Assembly (NCBI RefSeq): GCF_006345805.1
Contig: NW_021833491.1
Location: 1 to 28,319 of the forward strand
Origin: Octopus sinensis
Taxonomy: Eukaryota
Direction: 5' to 3'
Length of the DNA: 28,319 nt
Below the pieces are notes generated by a model. It was not told the DNA's origin, did no database searches, and was given only the letters and a program-made list of their open reading frames with translations. Of this stretch, positions 10,851 to 20,786 are shown piece by piece (the stretch's first letter is position 1; every line of letters starts with the position of its first letter). The translations under genes were made by a program, and so were the position numbers.

Positions 10851-11131
10851 TAAAGTATACATAAAGTGTAAACATTCAAATGGCACTTTTTTTCTAAACC
10901 TTGATGAATTTCACATGGAATTTTTAGTCCTCCAAATCTGTCTAGGTGTATTAATCAAGCTACCATTTTTTGTTTTTTTTTCTGAAAATCTTTGTCTGAA
11001 AATTTTGATTTGTATTCTGGGAAATATAGTAACAAAACGACAAAATGTCCTTTCAACCATGTATGTGTCATTTTCCATAGCTTGTCTCCTCAGTTAAATC
11101 TCCATAGAGTACTGTTGCCACACTCTCTTGC

Positions 11132-11174
<43 letters not shown>

Positions 11175-11562
11175 TCCTTCCTTCCCCTCTCTCTCTATAT
11201 ATATATTGGGTTGTCCGGAAAGTTCATGCCGATTTATAGTAGCTTACCTTTCAACTTATTTTAGAACATGGTTGAGTCCATATAATAGGATTTGACTACG
11301 CCTCCATTTAGAGCACAGTTTAAGCTATCTTTTTTGTGGAAGAAGGTTTATGTTCCTATAAACTGTGTTAATTCTGTAACCCTTTAAAATGGAAGATAAG
11401 AAAGTTCATTTTCGGCACTTGATGCTTTGGGAACCAGACAAAAATTGCTGCAGCTCGGCTGGGATGTGTTACCCCACCCTCCATATTCACTAGATATTAT
11501 TTCCTTCAGATTTCCACTTATTCAGGTCTCTGCAGAATAGTCTTAATGGTAAAAATTTCAAT

Positions 11563-12058
11563 TCCTTGGATGACGTAAAAAGATACCTTGATGAATTCTT
11601 TGACATGAAACCACCTCAATTCTGGGAAGAGGGTAATTTCAAGTTAAAGGAAAGATGGAGACGCATTGTGCAACAAAATGGTTCATATTTCATCATCATT
11701 TAGCGTCTGCTTTCCATACTAGCATGGGTTGGATGGTTCAACTGGGGTCTGGGAAGCCAGAAGGATGCACCAGGCCCAGTCTGATCTGGCAATGTTTCTA
11801 CGGCTGGATGTCCTTGGATGACATAAAAAGATACCTTGATGAATTCTTTGCCATGAAACCACCTCAATTCTGGGAAGAGGGTATTTTCAAGTTAAAGGAA
11901 AGATAGAGACGCATTGTGCAACAAAATGGTTCATATTTCATCCTCATTTAGCGTCCGCTTTCCATACTAGCATGGGTTGGATGGTTCAACTGGGGTCTGG
12001 GAAGCCAGAAGGCTGCACCAGGCCCAGTCTGATCTGGCAATGTTTCTACGGCTGGATG
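11563..12058. repeat. 248-bp direct tandem duplication (11563-11810 / 11811-12058)
   Basis: Both copies start tccttggatgac and end cggctggatg, and they are near-identical. Confidence 0.95.
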
Positions 12059-12281
12059 CCCTTCCTAACGCCAACCACTCCATGAGTGTAGTGGGTGCTT
12101 TTTACATGCCAGACGAGGCTGGCAAACAGCCACGATCAAATGGTGCTTTTTACGTGCCACTGGCACGAAGGTAGTTGGGGGCGGCGCTGGCAATGGCCAC
12201 CGGCACTGGTATCACAGCTACGATTTCCATTGATGTTGATCGATTTTGATTTTGATTTTGATTTTGTTTTTGTTTTTGTTT
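11690..12281 (-). mobile_element. (ATG)-tailed SINE nested in the mariner; its 3' end is duplicated
   Basis: Same family as 9780-10345. The mariner coding text stops at ggttcatattt and resumes at tggttgattaa (about 12282). Confidence 0.85.
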
Positions 12282-12379
12282 TGGTTGATTAAAAATGTAA
12301 TGGCAAGAATTTATTGACCCTTTTTTCTTTCCTTTAAAAATCGGCAAGAACTTTCCGGACAACCCAATATATTATACGT

Positions 12380-12804
12380 CTTTTATCTTTTTATCTTTTA
12401 TCTTTTACTTGTTTCAGTCATTTGACTGCGGCCATGCTGGAGCACCGCCTTTAGTCGAGCAAATCGACCCCAGGAGACTTATTCTTTGTAAGCCCAGTAC
12501 TTATTCTATCGGTCTCTTTTGCCGAACCGCTAAGTGACGGGACGTAAACACACCAGCATCGCGTTTCAAGCAATGCTAGGGGGACAAACACACAACACAC
12601 ACACATACACACACACATACATACATATATATATACATATATACGACAGGCTTCTTTCAGTTTCCGTCTACCAAATCCACTCACAAGGCATTGGTCGGCC
12701 CGGGGGCTATAGCAGAAGACACTTGCCCAAGATGCCACGCAGCGGGACTGAACCCGGAGCCATGTGGCTGGTTAGCAAGCTACTTACCACACAGCCACTC
12801 CTGC
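12380..12804 (-). mobile_element. Family-A SINE, (AAAAGAT)n tail
   Basis: Reverse complement of the family-A consensus. It abuts the mariner right TIR. Confidence 0.92.
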
Positions 12805-13126
12805 TATGTTGTCATTCAACAACTTCTTGCAATGCCCATTTATACAATGCTGCAGAAGTTCCTTCTTGGCTCCTAAAATGCTGTTTGTCTTGTATACTGT
12901 TCTCTTGTTTATTTACAAAATTTCTACATGGAGATAAACAAACACACACACACAAAATATAAACAAATCAAAAAATATTATACTAAGCATCAACAATAAC
13001 ACATTCATACTAAAAACACTAATACTGTATATATTTTGTAGTGTTTGTTTGTATTCACTAGCAAAAATTTGTGTATATAATTTCATAATAAAATATTTCT
13101 TTCCTTTCTCTCTCTTTCTCTTTCTT

Positions 13127-13163
<37 letters not shown>

Positions 13164-13246
13164 CTTTCTATCTGTCTCCTGCTCTCCCTTTCGCTCTCAT
13201 GCGCTCTTGCTCTTTTTCTCACTTTCTCTTTCTCTTTCTCATACAG

Positions 13247-13251
13247 TTTAC
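13247..13251 (+). other. Candidate 5-nt micro-exon (or the donor end of a longer CT-rich exon)
   Basis: ctcac branch-like site (A at 13221), a pure pyrimidine tract, then atacAG|TTTAC|GTAAGT. Confidence 0.3.
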
Positions 13252-13443
13252 GTAAGTACACACATACATAGCTTTATGTAGATCTCTACTGGGAAGAGAA
13301 AACAAGTGCGTACATGTGAACGTGTGTATATATGTGCTTGTAGAGGGAATATAATTCTTAGTGTATAAACACATGCTTTTTGTGTTCTCTCTCTCTCTCT
13401 CTCTCTCTCTCTAGCTATCTACCTATCTATTTATCTATCTATT

Positions 13444-13454
<11 letters not shown>

Positions 13455-13489
<35 letters not shown>

Positions 13490-13628
13490 ATGTATATATA
13501 TGTATATAATATATATATATATGTATATTATATATATATATGTATATATAGATATGTATATGTATATATATATGTATAGTATATATATATGTATATATAT
13601 ATGTATATATATATATTATATATATATA

Positions 13629-13676
<48 letters not shown>

Positions 13677-13793
13677 ATATATATATAAATATACACACAA
13701 ATAGATAGATAATAGATAGATAGATTTGTATCTATATATACATATGTATATATTAACATATTTGCATATATATGTGTGTGTATGTATATTATA

Positions 13794-13845
<52 letters not shown>

Positions 13846-13915
13846 TATATATATATGTATATATATATTATATATATAAACAAACACAGAATATATATGT
13901 ATATATATATATATG
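13455..13915. repeat. Long degenerate (TA)n tract
   Basis: Directly visible. Confidence 0.95.
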
Positions 13916-14269
13916 CATGTATTTGTGCATGTATGGCATGTGTATGTTTGTATGTGTGTATTCATGTACATATACACGTACGCATTATGTTTTTCTAGAA
14001 AGATAGAGAGAGAAGGACCAAGAACTGGCTGTTATCTGTTTAAAACAAAATATACATAAATGACAGACAACGTAAATATTGACTGGAACATATACAAATA
14101 TTATATAAATACATATGCGTTTGTGTGTGAATGTACATGTGTGTGCAAGCGTGTCTATCTGCAATGTTTGTGTGTGTTGTACTTTGCTGTGTCATTCAAC
14201 AGAAGCTGGTATCAAATTGATACTCAATTTGCTTATCTGCAAGTGGTCTCTCGTGACCCTTCTTACAAC

Positions 14270-15770
14270 ATTCCTTTCTTTAACCATTTGCTTCCCATGG
14301 AGCATAAGGCCATCAAAGAATTTTCTTTAGTGTTTTTGATTCTGAGCTGTCTCTTCTGCTTCCTTCTAGTCAGATCCATACTTTTCCAACTCTGCCTCAG
14401 TATTCCATCTCCAGATAGGTTTAGGACATTTTTTTTTCTCTTCTTATGTGGGTTCTAGCTCAGGACCTAACTTATAATGCAGAATGGTGGCTTGCTTAAG
14501 GAGTTGCATTTTTCCATTTTACTGCAATGTCTTCATCTCCCAGGACCTGTTAGTTTTCAGCTCTGCTCAGTATCTCACCTCCAGCTAAGTTTAGGGTGTC
14601 TTCTCTTCCGCTTCCCTTGTTGGTTCCAGGCCAGGACCTAAAAGATGGTGAGCTGGCAGAAACGTTAGCACGCCGGGTGAAATGCTTAGCGGTATTTCGT
14701 CTGCCGCTACGTTCTGAGTTCAAATTCCGCCGAGGTCGACTTTGCCTTTCATCCTTTCGGGGTCGATTAAATAAGTACCAGTTAAGTATTGGGGTCAATA
14801 TAATCGACTTAATCCATTTGTCTGTCCTTGTTTCTCCCCTCTGTGTTTAGCTCTTTGTAGGTAGTACAGAAATAGAAATAGGTATTTCGTCTGCCGCTAC
14901 GTTGTGAGTTCAAATTCTGCCGAGGTCAACTTTGCCGTTCATCCTTTCGGGGTCGATTAAATAAGCACCAGTTACGCACTGGGGTCGATATAATCGACTT
15001 AATCCATTTGTCTGTCCTTGTTTCTCCCCTCTGTGTTTATCTCCTTGTAGGTAGTGAAGAAATAGAAATAGGTATTTCGTCTGCCGCTACGTTCTGAGTT
15101 CAAATTCCGCCGAGGTCGACTTTGCCTTTCATCCTTTCGGGGTCGATTAAATAAATACCAGTTACGCACTGGGGTCGATATAATCGACTTAATCCTTTTA
15201 TCTGTCCTTGTTTGTCCTCTCTGTGTTTAGCCCCTTGTGGATAGTAAAGAAATAGGTGAGGACCTAACATATAATGCAGAATGTTGGCTTGCCTAAGGTT
15301 TTGCCTTTCCAGTTTTACTGCATTGTATCAAATGTTTCTCTGAGGGAAAGCACAGATCTGTGTTTCCAGCTCTGCTTAGTATCTCAACTCCAACGAGGTT
15401 TAGAACATCTTCTCTTCCACTTCTTATGTGGGTTCCAAGTCGTGGTCTGACATGTAATGCTGGATGCTGGTTTGTTTAAGGTGTTACCTTTCCAATTTTA
15501 CTGCACTGTGCCAAATGGTCCCCTGTGGGAAGGACTTCCTCTCCCAGGACTTTTGAATTGTCATCGATGCTTTTGTAACTATTATTTTTCTTGGTAGAGG
15601 CGTTGACCCTACACAAATCTAATTTTACGTTTGAAAAAAGGTGGTTCATATTAGCCTGGCCTCTCTATCTTTTGACCTGTCTGGCATGGGAGACCCTACC
15701 AGGAATTTGCACTTCAATGGCATAGCTTTCAGGATCAATGAGGCACACCAACCAATGCACTACCATAAGG
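14270..15770 (-). mobile_element. Non-autonomous RTE-clade derivative: 5'-UTR-like segment fused to three tandem copies of the ORF C-terminal tail
   Basis: Minus-strand translations: NWKGNTLNKPASSITCQTTTWNPHKKWKRRCSKPRWS; NWKGKTLGKPTFCIIC*VLAWNQQGKRKRRHPKLSWR; CPKPIWRWNTEAELEKYGSD*KEAEETAQNQ. These resemble the RTE end WxGHxLRK...ALxWNPQGKRKRGRPKxTW. Region 15660-15770 resembles an RTE 5' region (gaccctaccagg, catagct). Confidence 0.75.
14642..15258 (+). mobile_element. tRNA-derived SINE (family M) with its 190-bp body triplicated; 9-bp TSD AGGACCTAA
   Basis: One head (ggtgagctggcagaaacgttagc) is followed by units starting ggtatttcgtctgccgctac at 14691, 14881 and 15071. The TSD lies at 14633-14641 and 15259-15267. 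Confidence 0.92.
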
Positions 15771-15959
15771 ACTGGACCTTGTGGTCACTTATCACTGCAT
15801 ACAGTTGATAATTCCATGAAAAAGTAGTGAGTGGTGTAAGAAATGGTCCCTGATATTTGGCTGGTGTTTTACATATTGACAGCTTGCCCCTAAATTAGTG
15901 TCCTTCTTTCTGTGTGGAATACTGGACAAAATGTCTTGTGGTATTTATTTATGGCTGAA

Positions 15960-16290
15960 AGTTAATTCCTACTGGGATTCAAATTTGCCTTTCCTTCTCA
16001 AGATTTGGTGCCCAGAGAAAATTTCAGATAGAAGTCTCGGAAATAGAATGAACCAAACTCCTTTCAATCAAGAAATTCTGAAAAAGGAAAGGGCACTGGA
16101 TTTTTCATGCTCTAAGGAGACCTCCAAGCAGCATTACAAAAACCAGCGTTAGACTGGTAACCTGAAGAAAGGAGGAAAGTTGAACATCCTAAGAACACCT
16201 GGAAAGGATGTGGGGAGGATGAAATGATGAAAGCAATCAGTATCTTTTGGTCCGAAATCAAAGAGGTAACCTGAGATCACATCCTCTGGT
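15960..16290 (+). mobile_element. RTE-clade LINE ORF C-terminal fragment (pseudogene)
   Basis: LLKIWCPEKISDRSLGNRMNQTPFNQEILKK / RHWIFHALRRPPSSITKT / ALDW*PEERRKVEHPKNTWKGCGEDEMMKA, with frameshifts and stops. Confidence 0.8.
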
Positions 16291-16508
16291 ATCAGTTTGT
16301 TATATAGACCCCAGTGAAATACTATCATTTGTATAACCAACTGTTGCCGCTCCATACACACAACCATACAGATATTATCATCATATATTATCATATATTA
16401 TCATATATATTATATATATATATTATGATAATATATATTACACATATATTATTCATATATTATCATAAATATTATATATATATATTATGATAATATATAT
16501 TACACATA

Positions 16509-16679
16509 GGCGCAGGAGTGGCTGTGTGGTAAGTAGCTTGCTAACGAACCACACAGTTCCGGGTTCAGTCCCACTGCGTGGCATCTTGCGCAAGTGTCTT
16601 CTGCTATAGCCTCGGGCCGACCAATGCCTTGTGAGTGGATTTGGTAGACGGAAACTGAAAGAAGCCCGTCGTATATATG

Positions 16680-16710
<31 letters not shown>

Positions 16711-16911
16711 ATGTGTTTGTTCCCCTAGCATTGCTTGACAACCGATGCTGGTGTGTTTACGTCCCCGTCACTTAGCGGTTCGGCAAAAGAAACCGATAGA
16801 ATAAGTGCTGGGCTTACAAAGAATAAGTCCCGGGGTTGATTTGCTCGACTAAAGGCGGTGCTCCAGCATGGCCGCAGTCAAATGACTGAAACAAGTAAAA
16901 GAGTAAAAGAG
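16509..16911 (+). mobile_element. Family-A SINE, full length, young
   Basis: ggcgcaggagtggctgtgtggtaag ... cagtcaaatgactgaaacaagtaaaagagtaaaagag. Confidence 0.95.
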
Positions 16912-17334
16912 CATATATTATCATCCACACCTTTGTTACTAGTAGCATATGTTATACTCATTCTTGATCATTGTTTTCTAAATATTTATAAATCTATCTT
17001 TGGTTTAATTACCTTAATCTTGCTTTTATAATCCACCATGTTATTTGCTTTCTTAATTAATTTTTTCCCCTTCAAAATCTCATCACTATTCTTTTATTCT
17101 TATTACATTCTTTCATTGCACAACCAAAAACACAATTCCCTGTTCCTTAGATACTTACACCGTTTTGCTTTGGTTTTCGATTATTCCTTTTTTTTTTTCG
17201 TGGGGGTCAATGAAATAAGGTACAAGGCAAGTACCAGGGTTGATGTTACCAACTAAGTCCCTCCTCCTCAAGAACATTCCTCTTGTTCCTAAATCAGAAA
17301 CTACTACTACTATTATTATTATTATTATTATTAT

Positions 17335-17732
17335 TGAGTGAGAGAGCAGTTCATGCCATCAAAGTGACACTGGGGTAAAATATACGAAGCCCAGTATACC
17401 CATCATGACTACCCGTCTGATAAGGGTACACCAGGCACATGCATCACAACCGTATGTGCACGACATGGTGATCTCATATCAAGATAAACGGCACATGACC
17501 TTGCAGGTGGGGCCCAGTTAGAATTCTGTTCTGGTCGAGTAGCCCATCCCACTCAAAAGGTCCCTGAATAAGGGTTGTTTAAGGATGTTGAACGAAACAC
17601 AGCTGTTTCCAAAGGTGAATTATTCAAACCCCAAAGAATCCCTCTCAACACATGGTTATGATGCTCCCCCACTACTTCTGCTCATGATCAGAGATGCACA
17701 TATCGTCAGCCACTAAGGGACATGCTCATCTG
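17335..17732 (-). mobile_element. Non-LTR element 3' fragment embedded in (TAA)n
   Basis: Shares its terminal 112 bp with 9339-9450. (TAT)n lies on both sides. Confidence 0.8.
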
Positions 17733-17900
17733 TATTATTATTATTATTGTTGTTGTTGTTGTTGTTGTTGTATACATATGTATTGATATTTATATATTAC
17801 GTGTATGTTTGTGTGAGTGCATGTGTGTCTGCGTGTGTGTGTGTGCATGTATGTGTGCATGTGCGCGTGTGTGTGTATGTGCATGTGTATATATATAAAA

Positions 17901-18400
17901 CTAGCAGTATCGCCCGGCGTTGCTCGGGTTTGTAAGGGAAATAACTATATAAGCATTTTTAGAGAGTTATAGCCAAAAAATAGCAAAAAAATGCATTAAA
18001 AATGGAAAAAAAATGATGGTAAATTTTTTTTAAATCGTTGACTCATCGTAGACATTTTTAGAGAGTTACTTCCCTTATATAATAGCGAAAAAAATGCATT
18101 AAAATGGAAAAAAATGATGGTAAATTTTTTTTAAATCGTTGACTCATCGTAGACATTTTAGAGAGTTACTTCCCTTATTTAATAGCGAAAAAAATGTATT
18201 AAAATGGAAAAAAATGATGGTAAATTTTTTTTTAAATCTAGACTCATCGTAGACGCGCGCTAATACCAGAAGGGCTCGATATGAATCACGACTATAAGAT
18301 ACCCGGTTTTGGTTGAACTGCACTGCAAAATGTGGGAGTAGTTAGGAATCTAAATCGTAGGAGACAGACACTCACACAACTTCACTTTTATATATAAAGA
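17901..18400 (-). mobile_element. Non-autonomous Helitron, family H1, with three internal ~100-bp units
   Basis: Minus strand: A|TCTTTATATATA ... cccgagcaacgccgggcgatactgCTAG|T. Confidence 0.92.
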
Positions 18401-18407
18401 TATATAT

Positions 18408-18457
<50 letters not shown>

Positions 18458-18811
18458 GTATATGTATATATATATTTATATATGTATGTAAATATATATG
18501 TATATATATATATATATATATATAAGCATATAGACAGACTGAAATGGAATCTATTGACAAGACTTGTATTACTCTGTAAAATTGACAAACAGACCAAAGA
18601 ACTTATTGAGGGAAGTTGCAGCCAGTCTCTGTTTTTTTTTTGTTTTTTTTTGTTGTTTTTTTTTAAACTCAGTTGATGTCAAACACTGCTGTTTCTCATT
18701 AATTTCTCTCGTGTCAACTTTTCCCTTAAAAAAAGGATTCTGAAACCCTGGATTTTCCTTCTCCCCACTACAAGTTCACGGGACCTTTTTTTGTTGATTT
18801 CATTACATATA

Positions 18812-19238
18812 CTCTTTTACTCTTTTACTCTTTTACTCTTTTACTTGTTTAAGTCATTTGACTGCGGTCATGCTGGAGCACCGCCTTTTAGTCGAGCAAA
18901 TCGACCCCGGGACTTATTCTTTTTTGTAAGCCCAGTACTTATTCTATCGGTCTCTTTTGCCGAACCGCTAAGTTACGGGGACGTAAACACACCAGCATCG
19001 GTTGTCAAGCAATGCTAGGGGGACAAACACAGACACACAAACATACACGCACATATATATATATATACATATATACGACAGGCTTCTTTCAGTTTCCGTC
19101 TACCAAATCCACTCACAAGGCTTTGATCGGCCTGAGGCTATAGTAGAAGACACTTGCCCAAGATGCCACGCAGTGGGACTGAACCCGGAACCATGTGGTT
19201 GGTTAGCAAGCTACTTACCACACAGCCACTCCTGCGCC
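18812..19238 (-). mobile_element. Family-A SINE, full length, (AAAAGAGT)4 tail
   Basis: Reverse complement of the family-A consensus. Confidence 0.94.
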
Positions 19239-19244
19239 TATACA

Positions 19245-19635
19245 TAAGAAGTTTGCTTTCCAGCCACATGGTTCTAGGTTCACTCCCACTGGATGACACC
19301 CTGGGCAAGTGTCTTCTATTATAGTCTCGTGCTGACCAAAGTTTTGTGAATGGATATGATAGATAGAATCTGAAAGAAGCTCTTCGTATATATACTTGTA
19401 TGTGTGTGTGTGTGTGTCTTTGTGTCTGTGTCTGTCCCCCACTACTGGTTGACAACCAGTGTCAGTGTGTTTATGTCCCTCATATCTTATTCATTCAGCA
19501 AAAGAGACTGCTAGAATAGGTACCAGGCTTAATAAAAGAGGTCTGTGATTGATTCGTTCGACTAAAAAATCCCCAAGGCGGTGCTCCAGCATGGCTGCAG
19601 TCTAATGACCAAAACAACTAAAAGAAAAGATATAA
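19245..19635 (+). mobile_element. Older family-A SINE, head-to-head with the 18812-19238 copy
   Basis: Degenerate head, core and 3' end (aggcggtgctccagcatggctgcagtctaatgacc). Confidence 0.8.
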
Positions 19636-19714
19636 GATACACACACACACACATACACACACACACATACACACACACACACACACATATATATATAAGC
19701 GTAACTGCTTATGA

Positions 19715-19961
19715 AACTAACACGCAAGTGGCTGAGTACTCCACAGATATGCATACCCTTAACATGGTTCTCAAGGCGATTCAGTTTAAGGTGACAAGGC
19801 TACCCTTTGAAATACAGGTACAACTCACTTTTGCCAGCCGAGTGGACTGGAGTGATAGGAAATAAAGCATCCTGCTCAAAAACATGATGCTCTGCCCAGA
19901 ATCGAACTCATAATCTTAAGATCACAAGTCAAATACCCTAACCACTAAGCCATGTGCCCTC
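19715..19961 (-). mobile_element. tRNA-derived CORE-like SINE (family B-related)
   Basis: Minus-strand head tggcttagtggttagg...gagttcgattc. Its 3' part (gtacctgtatttcaaagg...cagccacttgc) is shared with 22555-22675. Confidence 0.75.
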
Positions 19962-20200
19962 ATATATTTGTACACACATGTACTTACTATTGCTGTGTTT
20001 CTACTAAAATATGTCACAGGCATGTGTAGTTTGATATTCAAATTTTTGAAATGGTAAGTGACGTAATTTCAATATACGATGCAACGGACTCATAGTTGAA
20101 TGCTTCTGTATTACCTTATAGCTTCATCAGAGTTCCAAACATGAAGTGCAATTTTATTTTGGAAAACATTTACATTTATATGTATGCAATATGTATATGC

Positions 20201-20242
<42 letters not shown>

Positions 20243-20245
20243 AAT

Positions 20246-20455
20246 GAGACCGTGTGTGTACCGTTGGCGGTTTTTTTTCCTCCGTCTTCCCTTCTTTGGA
20301 TCTTTCCTTTCCTATGTTTCTGACGAAGAGCTTCGCTCAAAACATTAAACCCTCCTTCTTCTCTTCCTTCCTGAGCGTCCAATAATACTATATTTGTTCC
20401 ACATCCTCGCGTTGTTGTGCTTTCTCTTTGTTTTTTTCATGTTTGGATTAACTAT
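20246..20455 (+). mobile_element. Penelope-like element terminal fragment between (TA)n tracts
   Basis: Inferred from the embedded minimal hammerhead motif, which is characteristic of PLE terminal repeats, and from the TA-tract flanks. No GIY-YIG or RT sequence was seen. Confidence 0.5.
20316..20350 (+). ncRNA. Decayed minimal type-I hammerhead ribozyme
   Basis: GTTT-CTGACGA-A-GAGC(TTC)GCTC-aAAAC-aTT-AAAC. Stem I is GTTT/AAAC and stem II is GAGC/GCTC. Two CpG-type G>A changes separate it from GAAAC-GTT. Confidence 0.6.
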
Positions 20456-20786
20456 ATATATATACTGTACATACTGAGTTCAATCCTCACTGAAGTACCT
20501 GTCAATTTTCTACCTCACTACAACCAAACCAAAACAAAAAACCTGAAGAATATCACCAAAGTGAAGATTTATATTTGAAGTAGCTTTAGTATTTAATGTT
20601 TCACTCTTCATTCTGTTTTTTTTTCTCTTTAGAAGACATATTGATTTGGTAGCTAATATAATAACTCAACAACAACAATAACAACAGTCACAAATGAACA
20701 ACAAGCAAAAATCTCTATCAATACAAAAACAAAAATAGCAATCTATAATGATCCACTTCTTCCTTCATACACAACTAGCAATATCT

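Larger units (their letters stand above)
11206..12367 (+). mobile_element. Internally deleted mariner with intact ~30-bp TIRs and TA flanks
   Basis: TA|TTGGGTTGTCCGGAAAGTTCATGCCGATTT ... AAATCGGCAAGAACTTTCCGGACAACCCAA|TA (1 mismatch). The N-terminal MEDKKVHFRHLML is joined to QKLLQLGWDVLPHPPYS/PSDFHLFRSLQNSLNGKNFNSLDDVKRYLDEFF...RWRRIVQQNGSY. Confidence 0.93.

Noticed and set aside
14060-14458. 132-aa plus-strand ORF
   Set aside because: It runs through a TG-rich tract and the antisense of the RTE remnant, with no recognisable domain.
16149-16394. 81-aa minus-strand ORF that looks protein-like
   Set aside because: It is the antisense of the RTE ORF fragment at 15960-16290.
16453-16731. Recurrent ORF motif RRASFSFRLPNPLTRxWSARGYSRRHLPK seen at many loci
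   Set aside because: It is the antisense translation of the family-A SINE core, not a gene family.
20633-20648. Plus-strand tttAG|AAGACATATTGATTTG|GTAGCT 16-nt exon; joined to the 5-nt candidate it would read FTRHIDL
   Set aside because: The donor is weak, the join is speculative, and the phase does not continue into the 23139 candidate.
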